The position numbers and the translations under genes are program-made. Shown in pieces: positions 10,052 through 21,238 of a stretch of 64,000 bases of DNA. The notes beneath the pieces are model-generated. The model ran no database searches and was not told the origin of the DNA. It saw nothing but the letters and a program-made list of their open reading frames with translations. Origin of the DNA: an uncultured Actinomycetota bacterium (GTDB lineage: Bacteria > Actinomycetota > Actinomycetes > Actinomycetales > Cellulomonadaceae). Location: contig CAVWCB010000004.1 of NCBI GenBank assembly GCA_963753425.1, forward strand, positions 28,801 through 92,800, read 5' to 3'. Position 1 is the stretch's first letter. Every line of letters begins with the position of its first letter.

Positions 10052-10807
10052 ATGTTCACGATCCACCGCACCACCCGCGTCGCCGCGGTCCTCGTCACCG
10101 GTCTCGCGCTCGTCGCGCTCCCGGCCGCGGCCGCCTCGGCTCACGTGCACATCGACCCCGCCGAGACCGCCGCCGGGGGCTTCACCGTCCTCACGGTCCG
10201 GGTCCCGAACGAGTCGTCCACCGCCGGGACCAGCACGGTCGTCGTCGACCTGCCGACCGACCACCCGCTGCTCTCGGTCTCGACCAAGCCGGTCCCGGGG
10301 TGGACCGCGACCGTCGCCAAGGCCCCGCTGCCGGCGCCGGTCGACTTCTACGGCACGACCCTCACGGAGGCCCCCGCGACCGTGACCTGGACCGCGACGC
10401 CCGGCAACGAGATCGCGGACGGCCAGTTCCAGGAGTTCGAGATGTCGGTCGGACCGCTGCCGGACGCGGGCACCGAGCTGGTGCTGCCCACGCACCAGAC
10501 CTACACCGACGGCACGGTGGTGGACTGGGCCGACCCGACGCCCGCCAGCGGCGAGGAGCCCGAGCACCCGGCACCGGTGTTCACGACGACCGCCGCGGAG
10601 GCCGAGGGTCACGACCACGCCTCGTCCGACGAGGCGACGCCGAGCGACGGGCCGACCGTCTCGGCTGAGGCGACCACGACGGCAGCCGCGACGCAGGACC
10701 AGTCCGACACCGTGGCGCGCACGCTCGCGATCGTCGCCGTCGCACTCGGCGCCGGGGCCCTCGTGGTCGCGCTCGTCTCGGCACGCCGCCGCCGGACGGA
10801 CGCCTGA
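10052..10807 (+). CDS. ycnI: YcnI family copper-binding membrane-anchored protein
   Basis: Signal peptide ASA/HVHI; RVPNES, PVPGW and QTYTDGTVVDW motifs; C-terminal TM. Confidence 0.85.
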   Translation: MFTIHRTTRVAAVLVTGLALVALPAAAASAHVHIDPAETAAGGFTVLTVRVPNESSTAGTSTVVVDLPTDHPLLSVSTKPVPGWTATVAKAPLPAPVDFYGTTLTEAPATVTWTATPGNEIADGQFQEFEMSVGPLPDAGTELVLPTHQTYTDGTVVDWADPTPASGEEPEHPAPVFTTTAAEAEGHDHASSDEATPSDGPTVSAEATTTAAATQDQSDTVARTLAIVAVALGAGALVVALVSARRRRTDA

Positions 10808-11427
10808 TGTCGGCCGGGTCGGTGCGCGCGCGGCGGGGTGTCCTCGCAGCTCTCGTGATCGGTGGGGTCCTCTGGGCCGGGGGCGTGTTCGGCGCGACCG
10901 CGGCGCAGGCCCACAACGTGCTGCGCAGCACCGACCCGGCGGACGGGTCGACCGTCGCGACGGCGCCCGAGCAGATCACGCTCACGTTCGACGAGCCCGC
11001 CCTCGCGCTGGGCACCCAGATCGAGGTGCGCAGCCCGGACGGGACGCTGGTGAGCGCCGGCGATCCGGTGCTCGTCGACGACACCGTGTCCGAGAAGCTC
11101 GGCGGCGACCTGCCGGCGGGCGACTACACGGTCGCGTGGCGCGTGACGTCGGCGGACGGCCACCCGATCACCGGCCAGTTCACCTTCACGACGACCACCG
11201 CGACGACGATCGGCGATGCGGCGGTGCCGGACTCGACGCCGTCGCCCAGCCCGTCCATGGCGGCGAGGGGCGACCAGGAGAGCAGCGGCAGCAGCACCGC
11301 GCCGGTGATCGTCGGCGGGATCGCCGTCGTCCTGGTCGGCGCGATCTCGTGGCTGCTCTGGCGGCGTCGCCGACCCCGGGAACGCAGGCTGACGCGTCAG
11401 CCGAGGAAGAGCTGTCCGCAGAGCTGA
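10807..11427 (+). CDS. copC: CopC copper-binding protein, membrane anchored
   Basis: AQA/HNVLRSTDPADG, YTVAWRVTSADGHP; start overlaps the ycnI stop. Confidence 0.9.
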   Translation: MSAGSVRARRGVLAALVIGGVLWAGGVFGATAAQAHNVLRSTDPADGSTVATAPEQITLTFDEPALALGTQIEVRSPDGTLVSAGDPVLVDDTVSEKLGGDLPAGDYTVAWRVTSADGHPITGQFTFTTTTATTIGDAAVPDSTPSPSPSMAARGDQESSGSSTAPVIVGGIAVVLVGAISWLLWRRRRPRERRLTRQPRKSCPQS

Positions 11428-12250
11428 CCGTTCGGGCCGAGAGTGCAGCCGACGCCGATCTGGGTGAAGTCGGGGTTGAGGATGTTGGCGCGGTGGCCGT
11501 CCGAGCCCATCCAGCCCGCGACGGCCGACGCGGCATCGCTGTACCCGAGGATCAGGTTCTCGCCGATGCTGTGCTGCATGCCGCAGGCGGCGATGACCGG
11601 GTCGAGCGCGTCGTGCTCGAAGCGGCCCTCGGCGACCAGGACCGCCGTGCGCTGGTTCGACTGGTCGGTGAGGCACGAGTTCACGGACAGGGGCGCGAGA
11701 CCGGCCTGGGTGCGTTCCGCGTTGGTGAGCGCCACGATCTGGTCGGTCAACGCGCCCTGTGGCTGGGGCACGACGACCGGCGCGGCGGGAGGTGCGGCCG
11801 GCGGAGCGCCGGGCGCCACGGGGGCGGCGCCGACGACAGGCGGTTCGGCCTTCGCGCTCGGGCTGGCGGTCGGACGCGATGACGGGCTGGGTGCTCCCGT
11901 CGGACGTCGTCCGCCGTCGGCGTCGCCGAAGGGTCCGCGGAGCGGGCGGCGGTGGCGGTCGGCGTCGAGAAGCCGAGCGTGTCGGCCTGGGGCGCGGGGC
12001 CGTCCTTCGGGTTGTCGACGGCGCTCGTCGAGGCGCCGTCTCGCTGGGACAGGCCGGCCGGCACGGCGATGATCGCGAGGGCGAAGGCGCTCAGCGCGAC
12101 GATCCGGGCGACCCGCCAGAACCTCGACCCGGTCGTGCGGCTGTGCTGGGGTCCCGGGAAGGGGCCCACCGGGACGTAGGTGGTCCGCGGGACCGGCTGG
12201 GTGCGGGCCCCGGGGGTCGTGGGTTCGTCAGAAGGGGACGAAGTGGACAT
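11397..12250 (-). CDS. CAP/SCP domain protein (frameshift near 11880-11900)
   Basis: N-terminal TM; LTNAERTQAGLAPL, GENL and WMGSDGHRANILNP motifs. Confidence 0.8.
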
Positions 12251-12277
12251 TTCGGGAACTTACCTGCTGCCCGGCGA

Positions 12278-13282
12278 CTAGTGCGAGGGCGTAGGAGCTT
12301 CTGGACGCGACGCGAAGAGGTTCAGCCCGAGCGCCCCGGAGAGGAATCGGGTGGCGAGCTGCCCGCGGACGCTGTTGCCCGCGGCGTCGAGTCGCGGCGA
12401 GAACGTGGCGAGCGAGCCCTTGCCGGGGGCCACCGTGACGATGCCGCCGGACACCCCGCTCTTGCCGGGCAGGCCGATGGAGAACAGCCACTCGCCGGAG
12501 CGCTCGTACAGCCCGCTGGTCGCGAGGGCGGCCAGCACGTAACGACACACGGACGGGTCGACGACGCGTTCCCCGGAGATCGGGTTGACGCCGCCGTCGG
12601 CCAGGGTGGCGCCCATGACGGCGAGGTCGTGGGCGCTGACCCGCAGTGAGCACTGCCGGGTGTAGACGTCGGTGACCTCGAGCGGGTCGTGCCGGATGCG
12701 TCCGTAGCTCTCGAGCAGGCGGGCGATGGCCTGGTTGCGTCGGTTGTGCGCGGCCTCCGAGGCGTACACCTCCTCGTCGAGCCCGAGCGGGTGGCCGGCG
12801 AACGCGGAGAGCCCGTTCCGCACGAACTCCCACTTCTCCGCGGCGGAGTCTCCCGGCACCAGGCTCGTCGTGGTCAGCGCGCCCGCATTGACCAGCGGGT
12901 TCATGGGGCTGCCGTCGTTGAGCTCGAGGGCCATCACGGAGTTGAACGGCAGTCCGGTGTTGTTCACGCCGACGGCGTCGAGGACCGCCTCGGGGCCGAG
13001 CGCGTCGCAGACGAGCGCGAACACGAACGCCTTCGAGACGGACTGGATCGAGAACTCGTGCAGCGCGTCGCCGACGCTGTGCGAGATCCCCTTGACGGAC
13101 ACGACGCTCACGCCGAACAGCGCGGGGTCGGCCTTGGCGAGGGCCGGGATGTAGTCGGCGACCGCACCGTCGTCCACGCCCGCGTACCGGTCGTGCGCCT
13201 CCTGCATGAGCTGTTCCACCAGCTCGCGCTGCGGCAGCGTGCCGGTGGAGACCACTCCCGGGTCGATGTCCTCGCTCGTCAT
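12278..13282 (-). CDS. glsA: Glutaminase
   Basis: VADYIPAL, FSIQSVSK, PMNPLVNAGA, GLPGKSGVSGG and GNSVRG motifs. Confidence 0.92.
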   Translation of the reverse strand: MTSEDIDPGVVSTGTLPQRELVEQLMQEAHDRYAGVDDGAVADYIPALAKADPALFGVSVVSVKGISHSVGDALHEFSIQSVSKAFVFALVCDALGPEAVLDAVGVNNTGLPFNSVMALELNDGSPMNPLVNAGALTTTSLVPGDSAAEKWEFVRNGLSAFAGHPLGLDEEVYASEAAHNRRNQAIARLLESYGRIRHDPLEVTDVYTRQCSLRVSAHDLAVMGATLADGGVNPISGERVVDPSVCRYVLAALATSGLYERSGEWLFSIGLPGKSGVSGGIVTVAPGKGSLATFSPRLDAAGNSVRGQLATRFLSGALGLNLFASRPEAPTPSH

Positions 13283-13320
13283 GTGCCCATATCAGCACAG
13301 GTCAGGGCCCGGATCGGGCG

Positions 13321-14149
13321 CTACGCCGAACTCGTCGTGATCCAGTCGAGGGCGGCTTCGGCGGCCGAGAGCACGGAGACGTGCCCCGCGCCGGGCACCA
13401 GGCGGATCGACGATCCAGGAACGTGCGCCGCAAGCCACACGCTGTGGGTGCTGGGCACCATGCGGTCGTCGAGCCCGTGCAGGAAGAGCACGGGCCGTCG
13501 GACGGCCGTCGGGTCGAAGCCCCAGGGTGCTGACCAGTGCGAGGTCGTCGTCGATCATCCCGTCCGGTCCTGCGGCCATGGCGGCACCGGCGATCTCGCC
13601 GAGCCACGCCCAGTCGACCCTCGAGGGCGGCGTAGTCGGCGGCGTTGAACATGTCCGGATCGAACTCGCCGCTCGCCAGCTGCTGCGCCAGCGCCTCCCG
13701 TCCGGCGCCCGCGGCCGTGAGCTCCGCGCGCCCCGACGAGCCCATGCCCGCGAAGTAGTCGAGCCCATCCGCGTCGAACGGTGCGGGCGACGAGCCGCAG
13801 ACCGCCGCCGTCACGCGGTCGGGCAACAGTGCCGCACACGCCAGGGCGTGCGGGCCACCTCCGGAGTGGCCCATCACCGCGAATCGTTCGATGCCCAGCG
13901 CGTCCGCGACCGCAGCGGTGTCGCCCGCGACCGAGGCGATCGAGCGGCCCGGGTTCGGTGAGGATCCGCCGTACGACGGCCGGTCGTAGCCGACCCAGCG
14001 GATGCCGCGCTCGCGGGCGGCGGCGAACAGGGGCTCGGGAGGTTCGCCGGTGTTCGGTGTGCCCGCGTGCCAGAACACCGCGAGCTGTTCGTCGGGAACG
14101 GGACGTCGTACGCGCGCAGGGTCCGACCGTCGGCGAGGGTCACATCCAC
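13321..14149 (-). CDS. Alpha/beta hydrolase (several frameshifts)
   Basis: WHAGTPN, YDRPSYGGS, GHSGGG and C-terminal GAGHVSVL spread over several frames. Confidence 0.8.
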
Positions 14150-14211
14150 AGTTCGAGCCTAGGCGCGCTCCGCGGCGGAAGCTGTCAGAGGGTTGGCCTA
14201 GTTTGCTGGGC

Positions 14212-15108
14212 ATGGCCGCCGCAGAGGTATCCGCCGTCGAGATCGCGCTACGTGGGACGTTCGACCTGGCGCAGAGCATCAACTTCGGGTTCGGGGGGCG
14301 CGACGCCGGCACCGGTGACGTGATGCGGCTCGCGTTCTGCCTCGACGGGTACGCCGAACAGGTCGCGGCGGGCGTGACGCAACCGTCGCCCGGAGCGCTG
14401 CACGTCGAGGTGCTCGGCGATGCCGATCCACGGCGCGTCGCGGACCACGTCGCGCGGATGCTGTCGGCGGATGTCGATGCCACGGGCTACGACCAGCTGG
14501 GCGAGCGCGACCCGATCGTCGCAGCGGCGCAGGCCGCGCGCCCGGGCCTGCGGCCACCACTGTTCGCCTCCGCCTACGAGGCCCTGCTCTGGTCGGTGCT
14601 GTCGGCCCGCCGTCCCCAGCGGCAGATGGCGTCCGTGCGGGACCAGCTCGCCCGGGCGCACGGTCGGACGTTCACCGTCGGCGGGACCTCGCTCGCGGCG
14701 GTGCCCCTGCCGGAGCAGCTGCTCGCCGTCCGCGAGTTCCCGCAGATTCCCGAGATGAAGCTGCACCGCATGCACGCGATCGCCCGGGCGGCCCTGGACG
14801 GCGCGCTCGACACGGCGACGCTGCGCGACCAGGACCCCGACCGGACGCGCGCACAGCTCCAGGCGTTCGAGGGGATCGGACCCTTCTACGCGGAGCTGGT
14901 CCTGGTGCGCGCGCTCGGTCACACCGATGTGCTCGCCGTCCACGAACCGATGGTCCGGGGTGCGGTCGCGGCAGCGCTCGGAGAGGAGGATCCGCTCGAG
15001 CCGGATCGGCTCACGCAGGTCGCTGAGGCCTGGAGGCCGTGGCGGACGTGGGTCAGTGTTGCGCTGAGAGCGGCCAGCGGGCACGCGCCACGAAGAGCCC
15101 GAGCCTAG
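14212..15108 (+). CDS. AlkA-like DNA-3-methyladenine glycosylase (HhH-GPD)
   Basis: GLRPPLFASAYEA, HhH FEGIGPFYA and AEAWRPWRTW motifs. Confidence 0.8.
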   Translation: MAAAEVSAVEIALRGTFDLAQSINFGFGGRDAGTGDVMRLAFCLDGYAEQVAAGVTQPSPGALHVEVLGDADPRRVADHVARMLSADVDATGYDQLGERDPIVAAAQAARPGLRPPLFASAYEALLWSVLSARRPQRQMASVRDQLARAHGRTFTVGGTSLAAVPLPEQLLAVREFPQIPEMKLHRMHAIARAALDGALDTATLRDQDPDRTRAQLQAFEGIGPFYAELVLVRALGHTDVLAVHEPMVRGAVAAALGEEDPLEPDRLTQVAEAWRPWRTWVSVALRAASGHAPRRARA

Positions 15109-17275
15109 GGGGCAACCGGAGGGGGATCGTCGCGCGGCTCGTAGCCGAGGCGAGCCCGTTCGGACGCGACCACGGCCCGGGCGAGCTGGGCCTCTGTCAC
15201 GTCGACGGCGCGCACGGTCGCGTCGGCCAGGCTCGACTCGCGCACGAACTGGTCGAAGACCTGCCGCTTGCCGGCCAGGATCTCCGTGATCCGTTCGTCG
15301 ACACCGCCCTCCGCCAGGAGCCGGTGCGCTCGCACGCTGCGCACCTGACCCATCCGGTGCAGCCGTGCGAAGGCCTGCGCCTCGGCGGCCGGGGTCAGCT
15401 GCGGCTCGCAGAGGATGGCGACGCTCGCGGCCTGCAGGTTCAGCCCGACCCCGCCGACCGTCACCTGTGCGACGAGGATCGCGTTGGTGTCGGCCACCGA
15501 GAAGGAGTCGATGATCGCCTGTCGCTCGTCGGGTGGGACGTCGCCGGTCAACGGGCCGAACACGGGCCGGTCCGCCAGCGCGCGCATCACGGTGTCGATC
15601 ACGTCCCGGAAGTAGCTGAACACCACGGTCCGGTGCCCGTTCGAGCGCGGCGTCGTCGACGATCTCGAGCAGCCGCTCGACCTTGCTGGAGTCGGCGCCC
15701 AGGAACGCCGCGCGCCGCATCGCCATGAAGTTGCCGCTCTGGACGGCGGCGCGATACGCCTGCGCCCCAGCCTCGGTGAGCTCCTCCCACTCGTCGACCA
15801 CCACGAGCTCGGGCAGCTCGACCAGCACGTCCTGCGCGTTGCGCCGCAGGTAGACGGGCGAGACCGACTGCCGGAACACGTCCGCGCCGACCAGTCCCAG
15901 GTGACGCGGGCAGCATCTGCGCGAGCTCGGGCTGCAGCAGCCGCACGAGCGCGAGGAAGTCCTCGAGCTCGTTGTCCAGGGGTGTGCCGGTCAGGAACGC
16001 GACCCGCCGCACCTGCGCGGTCCACTGCGCGACGAGCATCGAGCGATGCGCGTCCGGGTTCTTCACGTAGTGCGCCTCGTCGACGACGAGCAGTCCGACC
16101 GGGGACACCGGGACGTGCGCGAGCCCCTCGTAGGTGGTGACCCCGACGCCGCCGGTGGCCAGCCATGCCTCGATCGCCTCGTCGCGGCCGGTCCCGTGCA
16201 GGCGGTGCGGCACGAGCGCGCTGTGCGACGAGATCTCCCGCAGCCAGTTGACGAGCACGCTCGCGGGGCACACGACGAGGAACCGCCGGTCACCGCCCGC
16301 GGCCAGGGTCGACATCGCGGCCAACGCCTGGACCGTCTTGCCGAGTCCCATCTCGTCGCCGAGCAGCGCGCGCCCCTGCCGCAGCACGAACCTCGCCCCG
16401 AACGCCTGGTACCCGCGCAGCTCGACGCGCAGCTCGGAGGTGTCGAGGGGCTGGGCAGCGACGAGGTCCGCGAGCTCCGTGGTCAGCAGGCCGCGCGCGG
16501 CGAGGACCTGGTCGCCGACCGGCACGATCGACTCGAGCGTCGAGTAGTAGAGGGGGCTGTGCTGCTCGAAGTCGGCCCAGAGGTCGGCGGCGGACGGGTC
16601 CGGTGCCCGGGCCGCGACGAGCAGGGTCGCGACGAGCTCGGGCAGGTCGGCCAGCCGCGCGTCCCACCCGGCGAGGGCGGCGAGCGCGGCGCGGGCGCGG
16701 ATCTTGGTGCGACCTCGCGACAGGGCGAGCCGGAACGCGTGGGTGCCGCGGCGCGCGTCGGGCAGCTGCTCGTGGATCGAGCTCGTGTACTCCGTGAGGC
16801 GTCGGCGGTGCGGTTCGACCAGCGGGCGGAGGCGGCGCACTCGATGCAGCAGCCGCAGGAGCTCCGCGTCCGACGACGTGTCGCGGCGCCCGGTGCGGTC
16901 GGGTTCGATGCGGATCGACGTGCTGGTGCGAATCGTGTCGGCAAGCTGCTCGATCGCGGCGACGACGGTCCGGGCGGTCTGCAGCCCGACCCCGGGCACG
17001 GCGTCGAGCTGTTCGGGCGTGCGGCCGAGCAGGTCGGCGGCCGTGGCGTACCCGGCGTCCGCGAGCGACCGGAGACGCAGGTTCTTGTCGGTCAGGTCGC
17101 CGAGCCGCTCCACGTCGACCCGGGTCAGCTCGGCGCGCACGCGGTCCTCGCGCCTGGCGGACACCAGCTCGATCACGCCCGAGAGCGCGTCGTCGACCGC
17201 AGCGAGCACGACGGTGGCGTCTGCGGCGAGGGCAGAGTGCCGTTCGACGAGAACGCGCGGGTCGCTGGGTGTCAT
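15105..17275 (-). CDS. SNF2-family ATPase/helicase with N-terminal HhH (frameshifts near 15900 and 15645)
   Basis: GDEMGLGKT, VVCPAS, DEAHYVKN, LTGTPLDN, GVGLNLQAA and QAFARLHRMGQ motifs. Confidence 0.85.
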
Positions 17276-18460
17276 GGCGTTGCCGCCGAGGGGAAAGCTC
17301 GCCGCGAGGCGAGGACCACGAGCAGCCCGGCCGCGATGATCGTCGCGCCGAGGTACGGCAACCGGGCCATGCCCGAGCTGGCGAGCACGAGCGCGCCGAG
17401 GGCCGCGCCGCCGCCGATGCCGATGTTCGCCGTGCTGTTCACGAGCGCACCGATGATGTCCGGCGAGGCTCCCCGGGTGCGGATGGCGGCCGTCTGGAAG
17501 ATCGACGCGACCGCGCCGAAGCCCGCGGACCAGACCGCGGCCGCGACCAGCACCCCCGACAACGTCGGGAAGACCACGCCGAGCCCGAGCAGACCGAGCG
17601 CGACCGCGGACAGGACGAGGATCGTGCTGCGACGCGGATGCTTGTCCAGGGCGGTGACCGAGTACGCCGTGCCGATCAACCCGAGGGCCCCGAGCCCGAG
17701 CAGCACCGGGCCGACGGCCACCTCGCCGAGACCCGCGCCGAGCAGCAGGACGGCGATGTACGTGTAGACGGTGTACTGGCCGAGGTAGACCAGAGAGTTG
17801 GTGGTGGTGACGATCGCGAGCCGCGCCCGGTTGGTGCGTCGAGCCCCGTCGGCAGCGGGTGCCCCGCCACCGGCGACCGCCGGAAGGTAGAGAGTGACGA
17901 GGACGAGCGGCGATCGCGCACGCCCCGGCGAGCACCCCGAACGCCGCCCGCCACCCGACGGCCGTGCCGAGCGCGGTCGACAGCGGCACCCCGAGCACGA
18001 ACCCGGCGGACGCACCGGCCGTGACCAGGGCCAGGGCGCGACCCGTGTACTGCGGGCCGACCAGCCGCGACCCGTAGCCGATCGCCACGGAGAAGAAGAT
18101 CGCGTGCGCGACACCGCCGAGCGCGCGGGCGCCGGCAACGACTCCGAACGACGGTGCGATCGCGACGAGCACGTTGCTGGCCGTGTAGGCGAGGAGCGTG
18201 CTCAGCAGCAAGCCCTTGCGCGGCGCCCGGCGGGTGGCGAGCACCAGAGGCACGGCGAGCGCCGCGACCATCAACGCGTAGACGGTGACCAGCAGGCCCG
18301 CGACCGACTCGGTGACCTCGAGGTCGTCGCTCATCTGGGGCAGCAGGCCGACCGGGACGAGCTCCGTGGTGATGGCGACGAACGTGGCCAGAGCCAGAGC
18401 GGCGATGCCGCCGCGGGCGGCGCGCACCGTGCCGGGCTGCCAGTGCTGCGCGCTCGTCAC
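17272..18460 (-). CDS. MFS transporter, NepI/AraJ-like (frameshift near 17910)
   Basis: TTELVPVGLLP, ARALGGVAHA and GFVLGVPLST motifs; stop overlaps the SNF2 start. Confidence 0.8.
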
Positions 18461-18583
18461 GACCGCATGCTCGCACGCGCCGACGACAACCAGTCGCCCG
18501 GACCGGGAAGATCCCCCGCCGAGCCCCGCTGATCTTGTATCTTGCGAGCGACCGTCCGGACATCATGCGAAGGAGCGCGCCCG

Positions 18584-19710
18584 ATGGCTTCGCCTCAGGG
18601 CCTCGCGCCCGCCACCCGAACCCTGCTCACCCTCGCCGCGTTCGTGGTGACGCTCGCCGGGGTGCACGCGGCCGGCGGCTTCCTGGCGCCGATCATCCTG
18701 GCCGTCGTCCTGGTCATCATCTGCCACCCGCTGCGGATCCCCTTGGAGCGTCGCGGCTGGAAGCCGTGGATGGCCACGACGGCCGTGATCGTCTGCGTCT
18801 ACCTCATCCTGGCGATCCTCGTCGCGATGCTCGTCTTCGCGGGGATCCGGTTCGCCGACCTCGTGCAGAGCTACAGCGACGAGCTGCAGGCCTCGCTCAA
18901 GGAGCTCACGACCTGGCTCGCGTCGATCGGCGTCGACCAGGACACGGCGAGCTCGATCACGAGCGGGATCAACCCCTCGCAGGTGATCGGGGCCGCGCAG
19001 TCGGTCGGCTCGGCGGTGCTCGGCATCGCGGGGTCGTTCTTCTTCGTCCTGGCCTACGTGATCTTCATGGGTGTCGACGCCGCCCGGTACGACCGCGGTC
19101 GCTCGGCCTTCATGGCGACGAAGTCCGACATCCTGGAGCGGGCCACGATCTTCAACCGCGGGGTGCGCAGCTACTTCGTCGTCAGCGCGACGTTCGGCGC
19201 GATCGTGGCCGTCATCGACGGCTTCGCGCTCTACCTGCTGGGCGTCCCTGCGGCGGTCGTCTGGGCGATCCTCGCGTTCGTCACCAACTTCATCCCGAAC
19301 ATCGGCTTCATCATCGGCCTGATCCCGCCGATGGTCCTCGGGTTCGTCGTCGGCGGATGGCAGCTGGCGCTCGCGGTGCTCGTCGTCTACTGCGTGGTGA
19401 ACGTGACGCTGCAGGTGATGGTGCAGCCGCGGTTCGTGTCTGACGCCGTCAACATCACCCTCACGCTCAGCTTCGTCTCGGTCGTCTTCTGGACGTTCAT
19501 CATCGGCCCGCTGGGTGCGATCCTCGCGGTGCCGATGACCCTGCTGACCCGCGCGCTGCTGCTGCAGAAGAACGCGTCGAACGGGTTCTTCTTCTGGATC
19601 TCGGGCGAGACCGGCGCGAAGGAGCCGACCTCGCCGGACGACGCTGTGCCTGAGGACGCTGCTCCGCGTCGGCGCCGTCGTCCGGCGAGCCCGCCGGCGC
19701 TCCGGCCTAG
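18584..19710 (+). CDS. AI-2E family transporter (3' end uncertain)
   Basis: TNFIPNIG, QPRFVSDAV and GPLGAILAVP motifs; the track ORF runs to 19846 over the opposite gene, so the true stop is probably near 19710. Confidence 0.8.
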
Positions 19711-20189
19711 CGCGTCAGGAACGCCTCGATCCGGTCGAACGCGCCCACCCAGGCCATCGAGGCGAAGAAGTCGCGGACCTCGACCGACGGGAAGCCGCTC
19801 TGGACGACCGTCATCAGCGTGCCCCCGTCGACGGCCTCGAACGTGACGTCGATGTGCGTCGACATCGTCTGTCCGTCCGGGCTGCTGCCGGAGGAGTCGG
19901 TGACGAGCCGCCCGCCGCGGTCGCCGTGGGGCGGCTCGATCACCAGGAACGTCTGGGTCTCGCGGAACAGGGTGTCGCGGTCCGGTCCCCAGACGGCGGT
20001 CTGGGTCCCGCCCACGCGCAGGTCGACGTCGATCTCGACGATGCCGGGCGTCTCGTCGAGGATCGAGAACCAGATCGTCTGCTTCTCGGCGTCGGTGTAG
20101 GCGTCGAAGACCGCCTCGGGTGTCGCGGGGAGCACGCGCGTCATGCGCAGCTCGATGGTGCCTTCGTCTGTGGCAGGGCTGGTGGTCAT
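19707..20189 (-). CDS. SRPBCC/Aha1 domain protein
   Basis: ATPEAVFDAYTD and DLRVGG motifs; coupled to the ArsR gene. Confidence 0.85.
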   Translation of the reverse strand: MTTSPATDEGTIELRMTRVLPATPEAVFDAYTDAEKQTIWFSILDETPGIVEIDVDLRVGGTQTAVWGPDRDTLFRETQTFLVIEPPHGDRGGRLVTDSSGSSPDGQTMSTHIDVTFEAVDGGTLMTVVQSGFPSVEVRDFFASMAWVGAFDRIEAFLTR

Positions 20190-20533
20190 TCCCTCGTTCC
20201 CTTCTCGAGTGTGAAGTAGGCGTCCAGGCCGTCGAGCCGACGCTCCCAGAGCCGCTGGTAGAACGTGATCCAGGCCATGGCGTCGTCCAGTCGCTCGGTG
20301 CCGAGGCGGCACTGCCGCGACCGGCCGACCTTCTCGGTGCTGACGAGGCCGGCATCCTCGAGCACCTGTACGTGCTTCTTCATGCCGGTCAGGCTCATCT
20401 CGTGCGGCTCGGCGAGCTCCCCGATCGTCGCCGGGCCCTCGCCCAGGCGGACAAGGATGTCGCGACGCGTCGAGTCGGCCAGTGCCGAGTAGAGCCGGTC
20501 GAGAACCTGTTGCTGAACCATGTGGTTCACCAT
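20186..20533 (-). CDS. ArsR/SmtB family regulator
   Basis: ALADSTRRDIL, KHVQVLEDAGLV and KVGR motifs. Confidence 0.9.
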   Translation of the reverse strand: MVNHMVQQQVLDRLYSALADSTRRDILVRLGEGPATIGELAEPHEMSLTGMKKHVQVLEDAGLVSTEKVGRSRQCRLGTERLDDAMAWITFYQRLWERRLDGLDAYFTLEKGTRE

Positions 20534-20556
20534 ACGACACTGAACCAGTTGGTGCA
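20514..20556. promoter_or_regulatory. Two palindromic operators overlapping the ArsR start
   Basis: TGAACCATGTGGTTCA (20514-20529) and TGAACCAGTTGGTGCA (20541-20556). Confidence 0.65.
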
Positions 20557-20561
20557 ACAAC

Positions 20562-21188
20562 TCACCTGTCGGTGAGTGCGAGCTTCGCGCTCAGAGCGAC
20601 GAACGCGCCCGCGAAGCTCCGCCGCATCCACAGGACGACGCGGGGTCGACGCGCCACGTGCGTGCGGACCGCCGCCGCGAACACCCCGTAGAGCGCGAAC
20701 ACCACGAAGGTGGCGACCATGAACACGCCGCTCAGCAGGGCCAGGTGCGCGAACGCGCCGGGCTCGTCCGGGTGGACGAACTGCGGCAGGAACGCGAAGA
20801 AGAAGATGGTCAGCTTCGGGTTGAGGATGTTCAGCACGATGGCCGACCAGACGACGCGGCCCGCGGACCGGGGTGCCGCCTCGTCGTCGACGACGATCTC
20901 GGACCGGTCCCGCCACATCCGCACGGCCATGTAGAGCAGGTAGGCGACCCCGAGGAACTTCAGCGACTGGAAGGCGATCGCGCTCGCGTTCAGCACCGCG
21001 GCGAGGCCGGTGATCGCGGCGATCACGTGCGGGACGATCCCGAGGGTGCACCCGAACGCAGCGACCAGGCTCGCGCGCGCACCGCGTGAGAGGCCCGCGC
21101 TCAGGGTGTAGATCACGCCGGTACCGGGCGTCGCGACGATGACGAGCGTGGTCAGCAGGAACGCGAGGGTCACGGGTCCATCGTGCAC
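20562..21188 (-). CDS. LysE/RhtB family translocator
   Basis: ATPGTG and NILNPKLTIFFFAFLPQF motifs; start may be GTG 21173. Confidence 0.9.
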   Translation of the reverse strand: MHDGPVTLAFLLTTLVIVATPGTGVIYTLSAGLSRGARASLVAAFGCTLGIVPHVIAAITGLAAVLNASAIAFQSLKFLGVAYLLYMAVRMWRDRSEIVVDDEAAPRSAGRVVWSAIVLNILNPKLTIFFFAFLPQFVHPDEPGAFAHLALLSGVFMVATFVVFALYGVFAAAVRTHVARRPRVVLWMRRSFAGAFVALSAKLALTDR

Positions 21189-21238
21189 CCGCCCCTCCGC
21201 CGGTGGCCGAGAACCGATTCGACCGACAGACTCGCCCC

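Noticed and set aside
15599-18460. 953-aa MFS-SNF2 fusion
   Set aside because: The MFS C-terminal half continues in another frame and stops at 17272. The fusion comes from a frameshift near 17910.
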